A stretch of DNA of 64,000 bases from Azolla caroliniana. Lineage: Eukaryota > Plantae > Polypodiophyta. The position numbers and the translations under genes were made by a program. Positions 51,193-64,000 of the stretch are shown here, piece after piece (within the stretch, counting starts at the first letter, position 1; every line of letters begins with the position of its first letter). The DNA lies in NCBI GenBank assembly GCA_043228905.1, contig JBHGNT010000004.1, positions 17,608,001 to 17,672,000 on the forward strand, given 5' to 3'. The notes below the pieces were generated by a model. It had not been told where the DNA came from. It saw only the letters and a program-made list of their open reading frames with translations, and made no database searches.

Positions 51193-53246
51193 TATATATG
51201 TATGTATGTATGTATGTATGCGCGCATTCATGCATGGATGTATAGGTTTGTGATTCTATTTCTCGTTTGATGATGTCTTCATCAATCAATTTTGTCAATA
51301 TTTTGCTGATAGGGTGATACATCTTTCCCCCAAGCCTTCATTTCGCTTTAGAGTATTACTTTCCGCATCCTCATGGGTTGAATCTAATACCTCCCATTTC
51401 ATGTAAAGCAACATTACAGTACAATGGATTAATTTGGAAACTATGTAATGCTTTAGGTGTGGTGGTGTAAAGCTACATTTGCTTGTAGTTGACAGTGGAG
51501 ATGAAAATTTGAGGTTGTATGATATATCTTTCTCAATGTCATCCTTTTATTGAGTTCATCTCTTGTATACATGTTCTGTAGACGTATATGACCATTGCAT
51601 CTTTATAATTTGAAGCAATGGTGGATATATTATGTATGAACATTTATTGTTCCTTGTGGACATTTGGTGGGGTTCATGTTCTTGTTTAACTAGTTGTCAT
51701 TTGAATGCATTGCACACTGCACGAGGCACTGCCTTGGTGCAATACATATAGCTATCATTTGAGTGTTGGATTCAGGATACTTTTTGATGGCATTCCCATG
51801 CATATATATATATTCATGTGTGCTTGGAGATCACATGTCCATGTCCATGGCTGCTATTTGAATGTAGAATTTTGTATCCACTTTGGTATTGCCATATATA
51901 TATCTATATCTACATCTATATCTATATCTATATATATATTCATGTATAGTTGGAGACAACGCAACATGTGTGTCTGTGGCTGCCATTTGAATGTACAGTT
52001 TTGTATCCACTGGACCACTTGAGTGACATTGCCATGCATGTATGTGTTATATAAGCTTTTAGCAATTGAAATGTTTATGGCATTGTGACAACTCCACGAT
52101 GTTGATGTTTGATTTTGTTGAGCCATTTTCTTGTAACATTTAGTGTTGAGATCTCAACAATGCCAAACTTCGCTCAAGCAAGTACTTCCAAAAATAAATA
52201 GTCTGGAAAAACTATTCCCACTAATTGGAGTGGACATGGAGTTGATTGTGCTTTATATCACCCTCCCCCAAAAATGGGTTTGGGAGGGAATTGAATAGAG
52301 AGTGTCAAAGATGTAAGGGATAGACTGTTCATCACACGATTTTTGCATGAAAACCTTTAAGAGATTGAAGGTTTGGCAATTTATTTTTGCATAACGGAGG
52401 GGATCCCATGTGTGTTTCTTCTTTAAAACACAAACACAAATTAGAAATTTTTTAAGAGATTATTATCTTTACTAAACGTATGGGAGCTCCTAAAATCTCA
52501 TGTGCAAAGATATCACAACCAACATAAGAGGATATTTACTTGATATGGAGATAGATCTGCAGTTGATTCAATACATGGATAATAATAATAATAATCGATG
52601 TGTATTTTTTTTAGTTGCCACACCTGTGTATCTCATCCCATTCGCAAATTAGTTACCTGAGAATTCGAGTGACACAAAATGGTTGCAATTTTGTTCTAGA
52701 ATAATTGCAAGAAGGGTTTCATTTGATATTACTAGAATCTCACCATACCTAGTTAATCTGGGCAGTGTTTAAATGCATTATGGCCCTTTGTGCGAAATGT
52801 ATTGGCTTTCAAAGTGATTTACTTGTGTTTAGAAATAAAAGTATCTTAATTGTGAAAGAACCCAATTGAAATTTCGAGCTTTGCCAATGAGACATCTTCA
52901 CAAAGGGAGTCACTTTTCGTAGAAAACTTTATGTTTTCATCTACAAAAAGTTTCTTGCATCATCTAATTATTTCTTATCATTTCATGCATGGAAAAGAGA
53001 TTTAACTTGTCAATGTGGAAAATTTCTGCAAATCAAAGTAAGACCTTACCTTCGAATTTGGTTATGGACAAACATGTTCAAATAAATGTACATATCGTCG
53101 GGCCAAAGTTGAAAATTCCACTTCACCCTTTTTTCTCGAGTTTAAGAAAAGAAAAAGCAAAATCCCTTTTGGAACAACAAATGCACATGAGTATATATAT
53201 GTATAAGGCAAAACTTGTTAATAGTGAGGTGTTTAGCAAGGTTACC

Positions 53247-56150
53247 CTAATCAAAATGAAGATGATAAAGCATGGATTCAAGTTTGGCCCCATTTTGGAA
53301 AGAGAAATTGGGTCGCTTGCACCTGAGCTCTTGTGAAATTATAGAAATGAGACCTGCCAAGGGTGGTTTCATTCTACCCCTATATGCACCTTCATCATAA
53401 GGGCTACCCAAAAATGTTGTGTAATATGGTCGAAAAAGAGGAATACTTTTATCTTTGTGACTCTCAACTTGGATGTGGTTTTGGTCATTATATGGCATGT
53501 CATTGTAGTCTTTTCTAGGACCAAAACCAATGAGATCTATCCATCTTCTACTACTAGTACCAATTCCATTGTCTTCATGGATATTACTTTGCCTCGAAGA
53601 TTGCATGTCGGCTCGAAAGCTTCGAAACTTGGTGCTCTCTTCCTTTCTAATGGATGTGATTGAAGATGATGCAAATGAGAAAGACCTAGCATGGCAACTT
53701 TTATCTAAAATTAATGATGCAGCGTGGCCACTGGTGGAAAGGGTTGGTGACAACTCTGGAGTCGCTGTTGGGGTTGTTGATGTCGATGTCGATGTTCGTT
53801 CTGTCGACATCAATGATGACAATGTTGTAGGGAAATTGTGAATGGGCGTGTTTTGTGAATCCAACTCAAATTTATCTTCTCCTTCATAATATTCATCATC
53901 ATCATTTATCTGAAGCTCTAATTCTGATGGTGCCCATAGCATTCTATTTGAATGAGTCCTAACAGTTGCCTTTGTATTTTGTACTGTTCTCCTCAAAGAA
54001 AGACTCGCATGATGTTGAGCATTAACAGAAATGTAGTTCCTTGAAAACACAAACCGAGGCTTCTCTCTTGTCTTGATATCAAGAAACTTGCCAATGCCCT
54101 GAAAGAAGGAGAGATTTTTGTGTCTAATGCGTAAGGCATTATTAAGAGAAAATTTAAAGAAACAAAGAATGATTCATAAGACATTTTCTACTATGATTTT
54201 CTAGGCATTACTAATTAAGACTTGCCATTATGAACTTATGTAGACAACAAGGGCTGACCTACAGAAGCTCATTAATGTTGCTTCACACTAGTGGTACTTT
54301 TCAACGTGAAAATGTTTAACAATTCAAGATCGTGGTAAAGGTGATAAAAGTTCTAACCTTCCAGAGATAGTAGAACATGGAGGGTGCATCAAGAATGAAG
54401 CTTTTGGCGAGTCGCTCCGGATAGTGCTCGCCCAACACCTTCAACAATTGGATTATTGTGGAAATGCCAGCATGTGAACCCTTCCTTACGCATGCTATAT
54501 TGCATTATAGAGACAAAATGTTAGTTTTTTCCCACCCAATAATTGAATTAAAAAATGTTTCTATTGCAAAATATAAGAAAGTACCTGAAGCGTCGAAAAT
54601 GAGTACACATTGTTCTGCCCCAGATGTCATGCAGGTGATAGCCACCTCCATTGTGAATACAAAATACCGAAGAAATCTGTTGATGGTTAAAGAATTTGTG
54701 AATGTACATAAGAGATTATCTAACTCACTTACCAAATGCTTTCAACCATAAAGATTTGAATGCACCACATAACTTACATTGGAGAACCTCAACGTCATTC
54801 CTAAAGTATACTGCATTCTTTGACCTTGTATCTAGCTTCTTATTACGTTGATGAGGAGTACGACATTATATTAGTTCGTTTATATTATGTGCATTTGTAA
54901 CTCCCACAACCATTAGTACACCTCAATTTAAGGAGAACTTACCATAACACTACAAAGAAATGGTTCATTTACGTTCTCGTAATGGTCACGCTGCAAATGG
55001 ATGTCATTTTGGAGATCTAGGTTTTCTCAGTGCCCTTTCCCATCAAATCTCATTGAATTGACTAGTCTTCCTCGATGTTTGTGGGACCATTTCTAGTTTA
55101 TTTGTAAGAATCTATGCGGATTCACAAAGTTTTACTTGTACTTAACATCCACATGTTTTAATTTTATTACCTCCTTACAACATGTAAAAGTACTACATTA
55201 TAGGTTGACCCCAATCAAGAAGAAATATAGTTATATCATTGCTTGGAGGATAAGGGTTACTTAAAAATGAGAAACTTGCCTTGAATTTGTCACTTACACA
55301 AACTTAACTACGTAGAAAAAAATATGAAAATAAGTAGACAAGAGACAAGTTGATGAGGTTGGACCCAAACACTTAAACACAACCTCCATTTCAATCATTG
55401 CAAAGAGTCAAGAGGATATTGCTTAACGCATGCATTGAGTGCATTGACCATACTTTACGTAGTTGTTATGGCACGCAATGGAGGTCCTAATAAATAATGC
55501 AATTACTTAATTCATCTTTGTTAGGAAAGGAATAAACTTCAAGAATGAGGTTTTGTGCGACAGATGTGCAATCAAACCAAGGTTGGAGAAACTTGGAGGT
55601 TGGAGCTTAGATTTCAAAGAATTAAAGTTTAAAGTACATAGGACAAGCCATTTTTCTCACATCGTTTACCACGACTTCTAGAAACTTGGGCCTCGTCACG
55701 GATTTTAAGAACACCAAAGCAATCGGAGTCCTCAAAACTCAAGTGTAAAACCCGGAACCATCTCTCCTTCTAAAATTATATTGAACTATGTACATATGCA
55801 ATTCAACGGACAATATCAAGGTCCGGGTTCCTCTTTTGCATTTTGTGCGCACATCAATTATGTGTGCCTCTAGGCTCTACTCGAAACATCAAGTCTTCGG
55901 TGTTATCGGGATTAGACCTCGGGGGGCAAAATGGATTATACCTCGGGGGGGTGGTCATGGCACCGTCTTTTCATGTTTTACCAAGGGCAGACCCGATATT
56001 TCCAAAACTAGGTAGGGTTTGGGGGGGGGGGTATTTTTTTATATTAAATCCTATATTTATGTGTTGTTTTTTTAATATTAAAACCTATATTTATGTATTA
56101 TACACACAAATGTATACATACATACATACATACATATATGATGGTGATGA

Positions 56151-56193
<43 letters not shown>

Positions 56194-57769
56194 TCCTTTT
56201 GTTTTTAATTCTTTGTAAATGGAGGAGGTGAAGAAGAGAGAAAAAAAACACTCACTGTTTCTGGGGGTCATAACTATTGCTCAGAAGATGCTCAGGTTTC
56301 AGCCTCACAATCTGCAGAGAACCCCCCCCCCCCCCACACAAAAAAAAAAAAAACAAACAAATAAATAAATAAAATAAAAAATTACCACCTTCAAATGATC
56401 TAAACACACAAAAAAAAAACACAGAAGAAGGAATCCAGAAATCCACGTTCTCCTTTCTGCTATTCAATTTAAATAAATAAATAAATTTAAAAACAAATGA
56501 AGGAATTCTAGTTTCGTTGCTTTTTTTTAAAAGGAAGGAAAAATTAAATTATGTCCGTCCGTTATGTTTCTTAATTTTAAAAATAAATAAATAAATTGTG
56601 GTTGTTTTTATTTTTGTTCCCCTTACCACGACCGGCCTGCCCACGTCATCTTGGCCTGCCACGTAGGCCACGCCGGATGCCAGCTCAGCAGAGAACTCAT
56701 CAGCGGTTAGGAAATCTATGAAGGCAAAAAACAAACAAACAAACTCATCAATGAATTTATAATAAAAAATAAAAACAAAGCAGGAAAAAAAACAACGCGC
56801 CTGCTTTTATTTGATTTTTGCTTTTTGCTTTTTTCTTTTCTCAGAATCAAACTATCCAGCCGATTTTTCCTTCTGAATCTTTTTTTTTTCTTCCAAATAT
56901 TTTTGGATGATTTTGACGAGTCATGCATGAGTGGTGATTTTTATTTCTGTTTTCAAATATAATTGGATGATCTACGGTTCAAGTAAAGAAAAGATTAAGG
57001 CGGTGCAGCCCTCCCCAAGTAATTGGAGAATAAAATTAGGGTTTATGAATTAAGAAAAGGGACATGGTTTAGGTATTTGTTGTTGTAGTTGTTCCTGTTT
57101 ATGATATGATCGATTTTTTATTATAAAACCAATATGATTCGTGAATTAACCTTGAATTTCAACCTCCATACGATTAATTCTTTCGTGAAGGGTTCGTTCG
57201 ATCTAATTAGTAACAGTGGACCAAATTAAGGCGATACTCCATTAATTAGGGTAATTGGATTAGGTTTCCTTCTCGAATATTTACCAACGTCAAGGCTTGC
57301 TCTCCATGCCAATGTCTCCCTTAATTGTTTTGCAGCTTTCTTCACATTCTCGCGCTTTGCTTTCAAAAACCTTCCAATGCAAGCCTCGTTACAGTACTCG
57401 ATCTGCTCAACAGGATCAAGACGAAGAAGAAGAAGAAGAAATATATGTTGATTTATTCAATCTCTACTAGTTTTTAGCAATAAACCAATTCGAATTCAAA
57501 TTCAAATGTCAAATTGAAGGATTCATAAATAATTGCAATTCATTCACTCTCGTATTGAATTGACCGCAATTCGCACCGAGAAATTTTACCTGTTTAGCAG
57601 TCAGAGGGGGCCCTTTCCTTCTCACTATTTGGAGCACTTCCTTATACTTGTCGCTAATTATAGCACTGTCACTACTAGATACTGGATTGCTGTAATTAGA
57701 GGAGGAGTTGGAATGATTAATCTTCCTAATGAGGTTAAAAGAGCGTCCCATTTTTGGAATATAATACAT
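53247..57769 (-). CDS. Sec14p-like CRAL-TRIO lipid-binding protein (exons 57769-57590, 57402-57285, 56715-56627, 56311-56256, 54676-54585, 54494-54358, 54098-53247)
   Basis: PLTAKQ|[91 protein letters not shown]|GI, ARSFSFA, FRPY..PYDE.AYR.RMKPPL.GL; the start may instead be the second ATG (MGRS). Confidence 0.92.
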
Positions 57770-60573
57770 GGAGAGAGGGGGTTGGGGGGGGGGGGATTAA
57801 AAGTTCTCACTGTTGATGAATCAATACAGAACTAGTAGCAAACAAATCAAAATCATCTTAGCAGAGAGGCTCCAAAATGAGCAGAGATTAAAATGTTTAA
57901 GGAAGGAAGGAAAGAACTTTTAAAAAGGGAAGGGGGGGGGGGGGGGGGGGGGGGGGGGGATCGATACAAGGTTCAAAATGGATCACTTGGAATCAAGAAA
58001 CTTTGTGCTAATTGACTGTTGGAGCTGCCCCACTAATAATAGTCCCTCTCTCTGTCTCTGTGTGTGTGGATTTTTTTGAAAATTAAAGCAAATAAGAGAA
58101 AGGAAGGAAGGTTTGGGAGGAGGTAGGCAATTGGGGGGGAGGGTTTTAGGTAGCTGCAGAGCTATGTATTGTATGACTGATATAAGGAAGAGAGATTAGT
58201 GGGTAGTAAGTAGTACTAACATTACCACCATTATCAATAATAATAATAATAATAATAATAATGAAAAGAAAGAGGTCACGGGTGGCCTTCTCTACATACG
58301 GGGTTTAAGGATATGCATTAATTGAAAGAAAGAGCGGATGTGTGTGTCTATGTGTATGTGTGTGTGAGAAAGAGAGAGAGAGAGAGAATGAGATTGAGAC
58401 TGAGACTGAAGGCTGAAGCCTGAGACAAGAGATTAGGAAAAGAAGGAAGAAGAAGAAGAAGAAAAGATTAAGTAGAGAGTGTGTGCCTATTGAACTGTAC
58501 TTCTGAATTTTTTTTTTGGGGGGGGGGGGGGGGGTTCAATTGAATGGAAGTAAATTAAAAGCAGCTTTTTTATTGTCCTAAACATATGCATAGGATTTTG
58601 ATGATTTAATTGGATGGCCATGATTCATGAATCCTATGCTTCTTCTTCTTCTTCTAAAGGCTAAAGGCACACTGATTCAGCTCTCTCACACACAAGAGAG
58701 TTATTGCGGGGGGTGGGGATGCCATGCATGTTCACACACATGGATGGTTGGATGGATTATGAAGAGAAGGGGATGGGATGGGGATAGATATTAATATGCA
58801 TTCAATGGATGGATGAAGGTAAGGGAATGGAATGAAGGTAAGGGAATGGAATGGGATGGATGTATACAGTGGTATCAACGCAGAGTACTTGTACATTTGA
58901 TGGAGATGGGAACGCATGCCAATTCTTGTCTAAAAGTATACATACATACATTAACATACATGACCAATGTGAAAAAAAAACACTAGAACAAATGATGGGT
59001 ATTTTTCAAAAAACTTTAAAAAAAAAGCACAACAAATAAAAACTTATGATGGGGTTTTGTGTCCAAAATATTATTGATGGGCAACTCCCCACACAGCCAT
59101 GATGATAGCATGTGTGATTGGGGTGTGCATTCTCATCATCACCCTCATCATTCATGCCTCACGGCTCACTTCGAAGTTCTTCGGACATCCACCACTCGTG
59201 GAGGGAAAAAAAAAAGCTCACCCTCGCTTCGAACTTTCGTTCGCATTTTCCGCCTCCCCCCTTGGGTGGTGGGGCCCAACATTTTGAGAGAGGATTCAGT
59301 GCAAGCATGCTTGCCTACCAATGTGTGTTTGGATGGGCACGGCTTGGAGGTTGTGGGCCCCAAAGGGTTTTCGAGATAGTGTGCTAGATAGACATTACTA
59401 ACTTTCCACATACAAGATGGTAGAACATAATAAGGTAAGGATTGTGGTGGTGGTGTGGGGGGGGGGGGGGGGGGGGGGCAAGACATTGTGGGTCCCAAGG
59501 GTTTCAAAATGGTGCTCAATGTTATGAGTGATTGTCGAAGGGGCCAAAACGTTGCATGCTGTGGGGCACCATCATGCTTAGGTAGTTGGTGAGTGTAGAG
59601 AATGGCTCGTACAAACAAGCTCATGAGCCATAATGTACATGCAATCTTTGAGATACATATATAATGTAACGTGGAAAGCATTTCAGATTTCTTGCTCTAC
59701 CTCAAGCCTAGAAGCTCATACTGTGAAGGTCCTAATCCACACATCGCAAAGGTCCTAATCCACACATCGACGTTGCAAATCGTGGTGACCAAAAAATATT
59801 CAAGACGTGTTTGTTGCTTGGCCTGCCTCCTTATTATACTTACAAAGAAGCACATACCATGAAGCCTTGGGTGGCCGCGGAACATGCAAAATGGTGTGCG
59901 GAACAGAGTTGTGTTTCTTAAAGCGGGATGGATTATTATTAGCATGTGGGAATAATGAATGGGCTGCGAAACATAGGAAGGAGGGGAGGCTTCTTATGAA
60001 CCATGATTTTTGTTCATTCCAAAGGGTGGAGGTGGTAATTACTAACTACTATTGGGCCATGCACATCTATACACGTATAGAATCTAGATAGATACATAAA
60101 TATGTAGATATTATGTTTGTGTGTGTTATCTCCAAAATACAGAGGTGTGTGTATATTAAATAAAAGTGTGTAGTTAAAAAAAAGGAGGTGTAAGTTTTGG
60201 AGTACAAAGAGTACAAAATGAGGGGGAGTAGAAGTAAGAGAGGTCACGGGGGGGTTGTTCCCCCTCCTTTCTTCCTTCTTGTGTGCTATTAATTAATTAG
60301 TATGTAGTATGTATGTAGTAAGTGTTAAGTTAAAAGTAGTCGTTGGGAGAAGTGCTCTCTCTCTCTAAACTCTCCTCAAAAACGAGGCAAACCTTCCTTG
60401 GATTAATCAATAAATGAAAGGCCTACTATTATTACACTACTATATACATACAGAGTTGGTAAGTAGTAGTAGGTGTATGTTTCTCCTCCCGTGACACAAA
60501 TCCTTCATCCCATCATCACCATATCATGCCTCCTTCCACAAGAAAGAAAGAAAGCACAAATTACAAAAGGTAA

Positions 60574-60620
<47 letters not shown>

Positions 60621-63600
60621 GGAGGGAGAGCATAGAGAGAGAATTCTTACACTAGATAGATAGATAGATGGAGAGAGAGAGAGAGATGGATAGACATGTT
60701 ACATGAAATATAATGTCCATGGAATACTTGATTGATAGATATGTTACACGCCTAAGGCGGGTCCGAGCTATGGAGCTCGGTTGTGGAGAACCCCGGCTCA
60801 CTGATGCAGTACGATACATGGGATTGGGCCCTTGGCCTGGCCCCATGGCTATGTATTTCGATTTTTACGTATGTAATGTTACGATCCATGGGATGCAGTT
60901 GAGCCCGACGACAAGAATAATCAACTCTCAAAATTTGTAATTTTGATTATATGATCACTAGGACAAGCCTATTGCCCATAGCGAGGATGGGCTTTGAGTT
61001 CTCTCATATTTTAGGGACTCCATGCTAAAATGGTGAGAGAGAGAGAGAGACGTCTTTTAGCTTTTCAAAATTTGAAAAGCTTTTTTGCCACCCAAATGAA
61101 TGAGAGTTGCTTTTTCATGTTTGTTGTGTTTGTTTCCTTCCTATCCATTGTTAGACTTTCACATCATTTGGTCGGGGAGATTTCATGATTTGTGTTTCAT
61201 TCCTGGGCTAATAATAATATACCAATTGTGACAGCCATTCCTTCCTTAACACATCATATTATCTTCTATTCTCTATTTTTTGCAGCCTTTTTGGGAAAGT
61301 CTCTCTTCACTCCATATCCTCTTGTAGTATTGGATTCTTTAGATTCTTACTTGATGTTAGGCTCGTAAAAATAAAATGGGTAAATTTTTTCGTAAAAATT
61401 TAAAATAGTAAAAGCTATAAAGTGAGGATGGTTGTGAGATTGTAGCAACTTCAAATACTTTATGGGGCCTTCAAAATGTGTATCCCACAACAATTTTTCA
61501 CGTCCAACAACTCACCTACACCCATATTTTGTAGACCAACACGTTAAAGGTTAGTTGACCTTGAATCCTCATGTAGTCACCTGTATTCAACGTTTGATCA
61601 ATGAGCACCAAAGCTTGTCCAAATGTTGTGTATTCATCATCAACTGATTTGTCCTTTTGAGTGCTTGTGAACCCAACCTTATACATGTATGTTTTGTGCT
61701 CAATTAGTGGCACAAACATGCTAACTAGGTTATTTGTGCACATGATATCAAGTCTTATTTGCATCTTATAAATGTATCTGTACACATGCAAGCTTCTTGT
61801 CTGACTTTTTATCCTGGAATATTAGATGTTGAAACTCCTTTCGCTAATATCCAATCATTTTGCTTAACTTCTAACCTAGTATCCCGACTAACCAAATGTG
61901 TGGATTTAGAACCTACTATGTGGTGATTCCCTCAAAAATGAATTTGTGCCAATACATGTTGGGTTGACAATTTTTTGTGGTTTCGTGAATCAAATGACAT
62001 ATTTCCATTTATTAGTTGGAGCATGTCCATCCCTTTCTAATTGCACATGAGACAACTCAACCTTAGCTATTGCCATGTCATTATAGTAACAATGTATCTT
62101 TCTAGTGTTTGCAATCTCAACCCTAGACAAGTATGTTTTGGCAAATTAATTAGTAGGAAAGCTAATTAGGCTATCAATGTGGTACATTTTTCAATTAGAT
62201 GAAGGTATGGTTGGATATGAACAAACACCAACATGCTATGTTGTAATCCTTTAGGTTTATGACCTACTATATAACAAAGGACCATGGAAGGTATTGTAGG
62301 GGGAGGACATTAACTACAACCTCTTTGTTGTATGTGCATTTGCTCACTTAAGAGCACATGCCACACGACTCTCCTTGTAACAAACCCATATTATAATCAT
62401 GCTTAGGTTCTTTGCACAATATATCTTTGTTTTGTCTTTTTGCTTCATTGTATTCTTGTCAAGAATCTACTTATGCATTCCTCTTGTATTTTCGTAGATG
62501 ATAGCATTGTAATATCAACATAAGTTTTGAATCTATGAGCATAGACAGAAATGTAATGTTGCTTCTCTATATGAAAGCATCAAAGGAGAAATTGGTTTGG
62601 TGTTGACACTAGTTCCTCATGCAATGAAGATAATGTATGCTTGGAAACTTCTTTGGAATAACTATGAGAACAAGAACGATTCTAGGATCCCAATGTCGAG
62701 AATCAATAGTCCTCTGAGTGGGTGGAGGATAAACTCCTTTGGGATTAGTTGAAAACAACTGAACTAGTGAAGGTGAATGTCTAACTATCATGGAAAGTAT
62801 TTGTAACACCATATCCAAAAACGATAATGCCCTAATCATAGTAATGACCACTTTGACAAGAAGCTCCCTATTATAGTTTGGAGAAATCTCTACATTGCTA
62901 AAATAGGGGGGAATGTAGATGGGATGAATTAACAACCAAACATGAATAATTCTATACTCTTTGGGAGAGTCCATAAAGGGAATGCCATTAACTTGACCAA
63001 AAGGCCATTTAGTGGAAGTTACTATCTCAAGAGTATGACATCTTTGGTATAGGGATGACTAGGAGGGCTTCCTCACTTTGACCAATGGAAGACATTGGTT
63101 CATTACTAGCCTGGTTGCTAAATCCATATGGGTGGTTATATCACAAATTTGGGCATCAGTAACATGAAGTTTTTTGTTGCCGTTTGAGTGGGTTTTCATT
63201 GATGGTGCTAAAGATCTACCACACCATCATATTAGATTGTGTTTGACTACCTTAGGTTTTGGAGTGTGGTTTAACTGGAGCATGAGAAATGTTTTCTTGT
63301 TTGATGGACTTCGTTGTCTCCGTAGGATGAAAGGGAAGTGGATTTGACAATTCTCGTAACTATGTTGTATGGGGACGTTGTCCCAAGATGAGGTAGATTT
63401 ATGTCATCTAGTATTATAAAACTTGAGAGGACTACCTTTCCATATTGCTACTAATGAAGTAGTGGAGATAATTGTTCCTATTCTCTAGAAAACACAGTTA
63501 GATACTCAATCACTAAGTACCCCTTCACCAAAGGATCGTGGTTGGAAGAATGGAACTAACAGATTGCAAATAAATAACTAGCTAGATCGGCTATGGTAAA

Positions 63601-64000
63601 TCGACTCTAAGCACAATGGATTTGGCAACAACCTAATTAGTTTGTACACACAAAATATTTGAATCGGCTACACCACCGAATCAACAATTACACTTAACAC
63701 AACAATTAGAACTTAATTACAATTCAATACTGAGACATAGTTGCATTGTATATCAAACCCTTCTATATTACAACTAATTTAATACAACTGCTTATAGTAC
63801 AATGGTCATGCCCCTTTTATAGGTAAGCATGTATAGTTACATTGCCGAATCGGATCGACACATCCTTTCGGATCACATCTCTAAAGATCATACGTCATAG
63901 CTACTTGGATCTAAAATCTATTACATCGTTTCATATCTAATCATATTGTCGGCTACATACTAATATTCGGCCTCCTAATAATATTCGCCTTCACACTCTA

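Noticed and set aside
59050-60950. Several 60-170 aa ORFs and possible miRNA hairpins
   Set aside because: No family motifs, low-complexity context, and no extended stem found by eye
61500-64000. Possible old retroelement and LTR running off the window end
   Set aside because: Composition is suggestive, but no diagnostic protein motif or terminal pair was verified

Overview
AT-rich, intron-containing plant nuclear DNA. A non-seed vascular plant (fern or lycophyte) is inferred from tau GSTs together with a Tcn1-like chromovirus. The left half (1-31 kb) holds three two-exon tau-class GST genes (+,+,-) sharing a near-identical exon-1 core, two hAT-type MITEs, Copia remnants, a Gypsy solo LTR and a nested LTR block. 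In that block, a full-length degenerate chromovirus (both LTRs, 5-bp TSD, self-priming PBS, -1 frameshift signal) sits inside the integrase of a second Gypsy element, which abuts a Copia element. The right half holds a tRNA-Ala pseudogene and a six-exon gene nearly invisible in the ORF track (membrane anchor plus two ribbon-helix-helix-like/RCxxC repeats), head-to-head with a phosphoglycerate-mutase-like gene. It also holds tRNA-Ala(CGC), a 41-bp minisatellite, a RelA/SpoT homolog, a Yip1-family gene and a Sec14/CRAL-TRIO gene. Exon boundaries were read by hand and no database searches were run.
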